DNA of 64,000 nt from Eledone cirrhosa. Its lineage: Eukaryota. The position numbers and the translations under genes are program-made. Location: contig OZ024745.1 of assembly GCA_964016885.1 (NCBI GenBank), forward strand, positions 7,998,001-8,062,000, read 5' to 3'. This document shows, piece after piece, positions 58,792 through 64,000 of this stretch. Under the pieces are notes generated by a model. The model was not told where the DNA came from and made no database searches. It saw nothing but the letters and a program-made list of their open reading frames with translations. Within the stretch, counting starts at the first letter, position 1, and each line of letters begins with the position of its first letter.

Positions 58792-59759
58792 AGAATTGCC
58801 CCTAATACTAGACCTGGACTGCGGGCTATGTTCTCCACCTAGAATTGATCACAAGAATCGCCCCCAATACTAGACTGGACTGGGTACTACGTTCTCCACC
58901 TAGATTTGACCCCAAGAATCGACCCCAATACTAGACTGGACTGCGGGCTATGTTCTCCACCTAGAATTGACCACAAGAATCGCCCCCAATACTAGACTGG
59001 ACTGCGGGCTATGTTCTCCACCTAGAATTGATCACAAGAATCTCCCCCAATACTAGACTGGACTGGGTGCTATGGTCCCCACCTAGAATTGATCACAAGA
59101 ATCGCCCCCAATACTAGACTGGACTGGGTGCTATGTTCTCCAGCTAGAATTGACCACAAGAATCGCCCCCAATACTAGACTGGACTGGGTGCTATGTTCT
59201 CCACCTAGAATTGACCACAAGAATCGCCCCCAATACTAGACTGGACTGGGTGCTACGTTCTCCACCTAGAATTGATCACAAGAATCTCCCCCAATACTAG
59301 ACTGGACTGGGTGCTATGGTCCCCACCTAGAATTGATCACAAGAATCTCCCCCAATACTAGACTGGACTGGGTGCTATGGTCCCCACCTAGAATTGATCA
59401 CAAGAATCTCCCCCAATACTAGACTGGACTGGGTGCTACGTTCTCCACCTAGAATTGATCACAAGAATCTCCCCCAATACTAGACTGGACTGGGTGCTAT
59501 GGTCCCCACCTAGAATTGATCACAAGAATCTCCCCCAATACTAGACTGGACTGGGTGCTACGTTCTCCACCTAGAATTGATCACAAGAATCTCCCCCAAT
59601 ACTAGACTGGACTGGGTGCTATATTCTCCACCTAGAATTGACCACAAGAATCTCCCCCAATACTAGACTGGACTGGGTGCTACGTTCTCTACCTAGAATT
59701 GATCACAAGAATCTCCCCCAATACTAGACTGGACTGGGTGCTATGTTCTCTACCTAGAA
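58792..59759 (+). repeat. 61-bp minisatellite, about 16 copies
   Basis: Unit AAGAATCTCCCCCAATACTAGACTGGACTGGGTGCTATGTTCTCCACCTAGAATTGATCAC. Confidence 0.98.
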
Positions 59760-59820
59760 GGAATGAAATGTAAAGTTGAACTCGACGGGATTTGAACTAA
59801 CCACTTTACCATTTCGTCGT
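59757..59820 (-). mobile_element. SINE fragment continuing from the 61-bp array
   Basis: GAAGGAATGAAATGTAAAGTTGAACTCGACGGGATTTGAAC matches 58275-58311 (AAGGATGAAAGGCAAGCTAACCTCGGCGGGATTTGAA). Confidence 0.7.
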
Positions 59821-59828
59821 CTATTTCC

Positions 59829-60010
59829 TATCTGAGTGGTTAGAGAATTCGATTTTCAACCGTGAGGTTGTGATCTCGATTTCGATTTCAGACGGGGTGA
59901 TACGTTATGTCCTTGAGCAAGAGACTCTATTTTACGTTGCTCCATCTGCTTGGAGTTGCGACCCGTATATAGTATTTGCAATTGGAAAGATCAATGGAAA
60001 CATTGTTTCC
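59829..60010 (+). mobile_element. tRNA-derived SINE of a second family
   Basis: A-box-like TGAGTGGTTAGAG, degenerate B-box, then TGTCCTTGAGCAAGAGACT, which resembles the conserved central motif of CORE-like SINE superfamilies. Confidence 0.6.
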
Positions 60011-60252
60011 TCGGTCTAGGCGAGCTCCAGTCTACTCGTTAAGTGAATGGTCTGGGATGTTGTCGATCGACTATCGATATATACAATGACGGCTTAGAAC
60101 TCAATAATACTTCACAGAAGGGTTGCCGTTCTTGGTTTCTCTCTCCACTTCTATACAATTTCCTTTTATTTCCTTTTTTATTATTTTTCCTTGCAAATTA
60201 TCGATTAGTCGTTTCTAAAGGAACATTAAAGCAGAACAAATTACCGAACAAA

Positions 60253-63200
60253 TACACACATATCCCCCATATAACACACATATTTCTCCCATATAACACA
60301 TATCCCCTATAGAACACACATATCTCTCTCCCATATCTAAGGCGGGTTAAATTCCCGAAATCTATGGACGAGTTCTCTCCAGCGGTCTCTGTCCCTCATT
60401 ATCGCTGCCATGTCCTGCGTCTCCAACAGACCAGTGTCTGTCCTTAGGGCATCAACATACGTTAACCTTGGTCTTCCTCTTCTAGTGTGTCCATGTAGGG
60501 GCTCCCACAGGAGCTTTGAGTGCAATGTCAACTCTGGATGTCGGTGAGCATGTCCAGCTAACCTCAGTCTCCTCTGTGTCACATTTGAGCTGACTTTTGG
60601 GATGCTCCCATAGAGCTCTGAGTTTTTCATCGTCAGTGTATACTGATTAATGTTCAAAGCAATCCTCAGCATTCTCATGTAGCACCCATCCACCATCTGA
60701 ATGAGTTTCTTGGTCAGTGTCCAAGTCTCAGACCCGTACAGCAGCACAGACTCCACTAGAGCAATGAAGAGGCGGACTTTCAGGTCTTTATGAAGGTCCG
60801 ACTTCCACACCGATCTCAAGCTGTGGCACGCCACCCAGGCTTTGCTCTTCCTCTCAACCACATCATCTTCTGTATTCCCAATCTTTGCTCCCAAATACAG
60901 GAAGACCTCAACCAGTTCTAGCAGCTTCCCGCCTACATTAGTGATCCCCTCTGGCTTCTCAACATTCTCAACCAGATATTTTGTTTTAGTCTCATTCATT
61001 CTCAGCCCCACACACTTCGACACAGTCTCAACCTCCAGCATCAAATCCTCTGCCTCCTTCACATATCTCACATATAACACACATATCTCACATATAACAC
61101 ACATACCTCCCATATAATACACATATCCCGCATGTTACACACATATCTCCAATATAATACACATATCCCCCATATATTACACATATCCCCCATATAATAC
61201 ACATATCTCCCCCATATAACACACATATCCCCGATATAACACACATATCCCCCATATAATACACATACCCCCTATATAATAGACATATCTCCCCCATATA
61301 ACACACATATCCCCATATAACACAAATATCCCCCATATAATACACATATCTCCCCCATATAACACACATATCCCCCATATAATGCACATATGCCCCATAT
61401 AACACACATATGCCCCATATAATACACATATCTCTCATATAACACACATATCCCCCATATAATACACATATCTCCCATATAACACACATATCTCCCATAT
61501 AACACCCATATCTACTATATAATATACATATCCCCCATAAAATACACATATCCCCCATATAACACACATATCACCCATATAAAACACATATCCACCATAT
61601 AACACACATATCCCCCATATAACACACATATCTCCCATATAATACACATATCTCCCATATAACATACATATCTCCCATATAACACACATATCCCCCACAT
61701 AATACACACATCTCCCATATAATGCACATATCTCCCCCATATAACACACATATCCTCCATATGATACACATATCTCTTCCATATAACACACATATCTCCC
61801 ATATAACACACATATCTCCCATATTACACACATATCTCCCATATAACACACATATCCCCCATATAACACACATAATCCCCTATAACACACATATCTCCCC
61901 CATATAACACAGATATCTCCCATATAATATACATATCCCCCATATAATAAACATATTTCCCATATAACACACATATCCCTTATATAATACACATATCCCC
62001 CATATAACACACATATCTGCCATATAACACACATATCCCGCATATAACACACATATCTCCCATATATTACACATATCCCCCATATAATACACATATCGTC
62101 CATATAACACACACATCTCCCATATTACACACATATCTCCCATATAATACACATATCTCCCATATCACCCATATAACACAAATATCCCCCGTATAACACA
62201 CAAATCCCCCATATAACATACATATCACCCATATGATACACATATCTCTCCCATATAACACACATATCTCCCATATGACACACATATCTCCCATATAACA
62301 CACATATCTCTCATATAATATACATATCCCCCATATAATACATAAATGTCCCATATAACACACATATCCCCTATATAATACACATATCTCCCATATAACA
62401 CCAATATCCCCCATATAACACATATCTCCCATATAATACACATTTCGCCCATATAACACACATATCCCCCATATAACACACATATCTCACATATAAAACA
62501 CATATCCCCCATATAATACACATATCTCACATATAACACACATATCTCCCGTAGAATACACATATCTCCCATGAAATTTACACATATCTCCCATATAACA
62601 CACATATCTCCCATATAAGATGCATGCCCCCCATATAATAGACATATCTCCCATATTACACACATATCTCCCATATAACACACATATCTCCCATATAACA
62701 TGCATGTCTCCCATATAATACACATATCTCCCATATTACACACATATCTTCCATATAAAAAAAAAACCCTTCATATAATACACATATCTCCCATATAACA
62801 CACATATCTTCCATAGAATACATATATCTCCCATGTAATATACACATATATCCTCCATATAATACACATATCTCCCATGTAACACACATATCCCCATATA
62901 ACACACATTTCTCACATATAACATGCATATCTCCAATATAATACACATATCTCCCATATATCACACATATCTCCCATATAAAACATATATCCCCCATATA
63001 ACACACATATCCCGCATATAACACACATATCTCCCATATAACACACATATCTCCCATATAACAAACATATCTCCCATATAATACACATATCTCCCATATA
63101 ACACACATATCTCCCATATTACACACATATCTCCCATATAATACACATATCTCCCATATAACACACATATCCCCCACATAATACACACGTCTCCCATATA

Positions 63201-64000
63201 ACACACTTATCTCCCCCATATAATACACATATCTCCCATATATTACACATATCCCCCATATAATACACATATCTCCCATATAACACACATAATATAACAT
63301 ATAACACACATATCTCCCATATAATACACATATCTCCCATATAACAGACATATCTCCTATATAACACACATATCTCCCATATAACACACATATCTCCCAT
63401 ATAATACACATATCTCCCATGTAACACACATATCCCCCATATAACACACATATTTCCCATACAATACACATATCTCCCATATAATGCACACATATCAGCC
63501 ATATAACAAACATATCTACCATATAACACACATATCTCCCCCATATAACACACATATCCCCCATATAGCAAACATATCCCCCATATGATACACATATCTC
63601 CCATATAATACACATATCTCCCATATAACACGCATATCTCCCCTATAACACACATATCTCCACCATATAACACATATATCTCCTATATAATATACATATC
63701 ACCCATATAATACACATATCTCCCATATAACACACATATCTCCCATATAACACACATATCTCCCATATTACACACATATCTCCCATATAATACACATATC
63801 CCCCATATTACACACATATCTCCCATATAACACACGTATCTCCCATATAATACACATATCTCCTATGTAATACACATATCTCCCATATAACACACATATC
63901 TCACAAATAACACACCTATCTCCCATATTACCATATAACACACATATCTCCCCCATATAACACACATACCTCTCATATAACACTCATATCTCCCATATAT
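60253..64000. repeat. Degenerate 20-bp minisatellite/satellite, interrupted by an RTE and running off the window end
   Basis: Consensus CCCATATAACACACATATCT. All ORFs from 61088 to 63983 derive from it. Confidence 0.97.
60337..61062 (-). mobile_element. 5'-truncated RTE-clade LINE, C-terminal part of the reverse transcriptase
   Basis: About 240 uninterrupted codons containing GLRMNETKTK, FLYLG, LLYGSETWTL, RRLRLAGH and RRGRPR..DRDRWR. Begins just downstream of where YADD is expected. The ORF's N-terminal MYYMGG.. is minisatellite read-through. Confidence 0.93.

Noticed and set aside
61088-63983. Cys/Tyr/Met-rich ORFs
   Set aside because: Translations of the 20-bp minisatellite in all frames.

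Overview
AT-rich eukaryotic (animal) genomic DNA. The SINE motifs and the dense (TA)n/(ACAT)n microsatellites suggest an octopus or other coleoid cephalopod; this is an inference from recalled repeat motifs, not a search result. About 74% of the window (7760-55224) is one satellite array with a 37-bp unit, about 1280 copies, containing kb-scale higher-order duplications. All the long minus-strand 'MPLSYQTISHISYAS...' ORFs are by-products of this array. The flanks are retroelement debris: a 5'-truncated R4/Dong-like REL-endonuclease LINE in (ACAT)n, an uninterrupted 5'-truncated RTE LINE inside a 20-bp minisatellite, tRNA-derived SINEs, and several minisatellites that appear to have grown out of SINEs. 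The most unusual signal is a set of short non-coding elements sitting in (TA)n tracts (965-2354 and 56990-57590). They carry minimal hammerhead-ribozyme motifs, three are long fold-back hairpins, and several share a short tail motif. They look like Penelope-like pseudo-LTR or retrozyme derivatives. No complete host gene is visible; there is one candidate terminal exon at 57852-57926.
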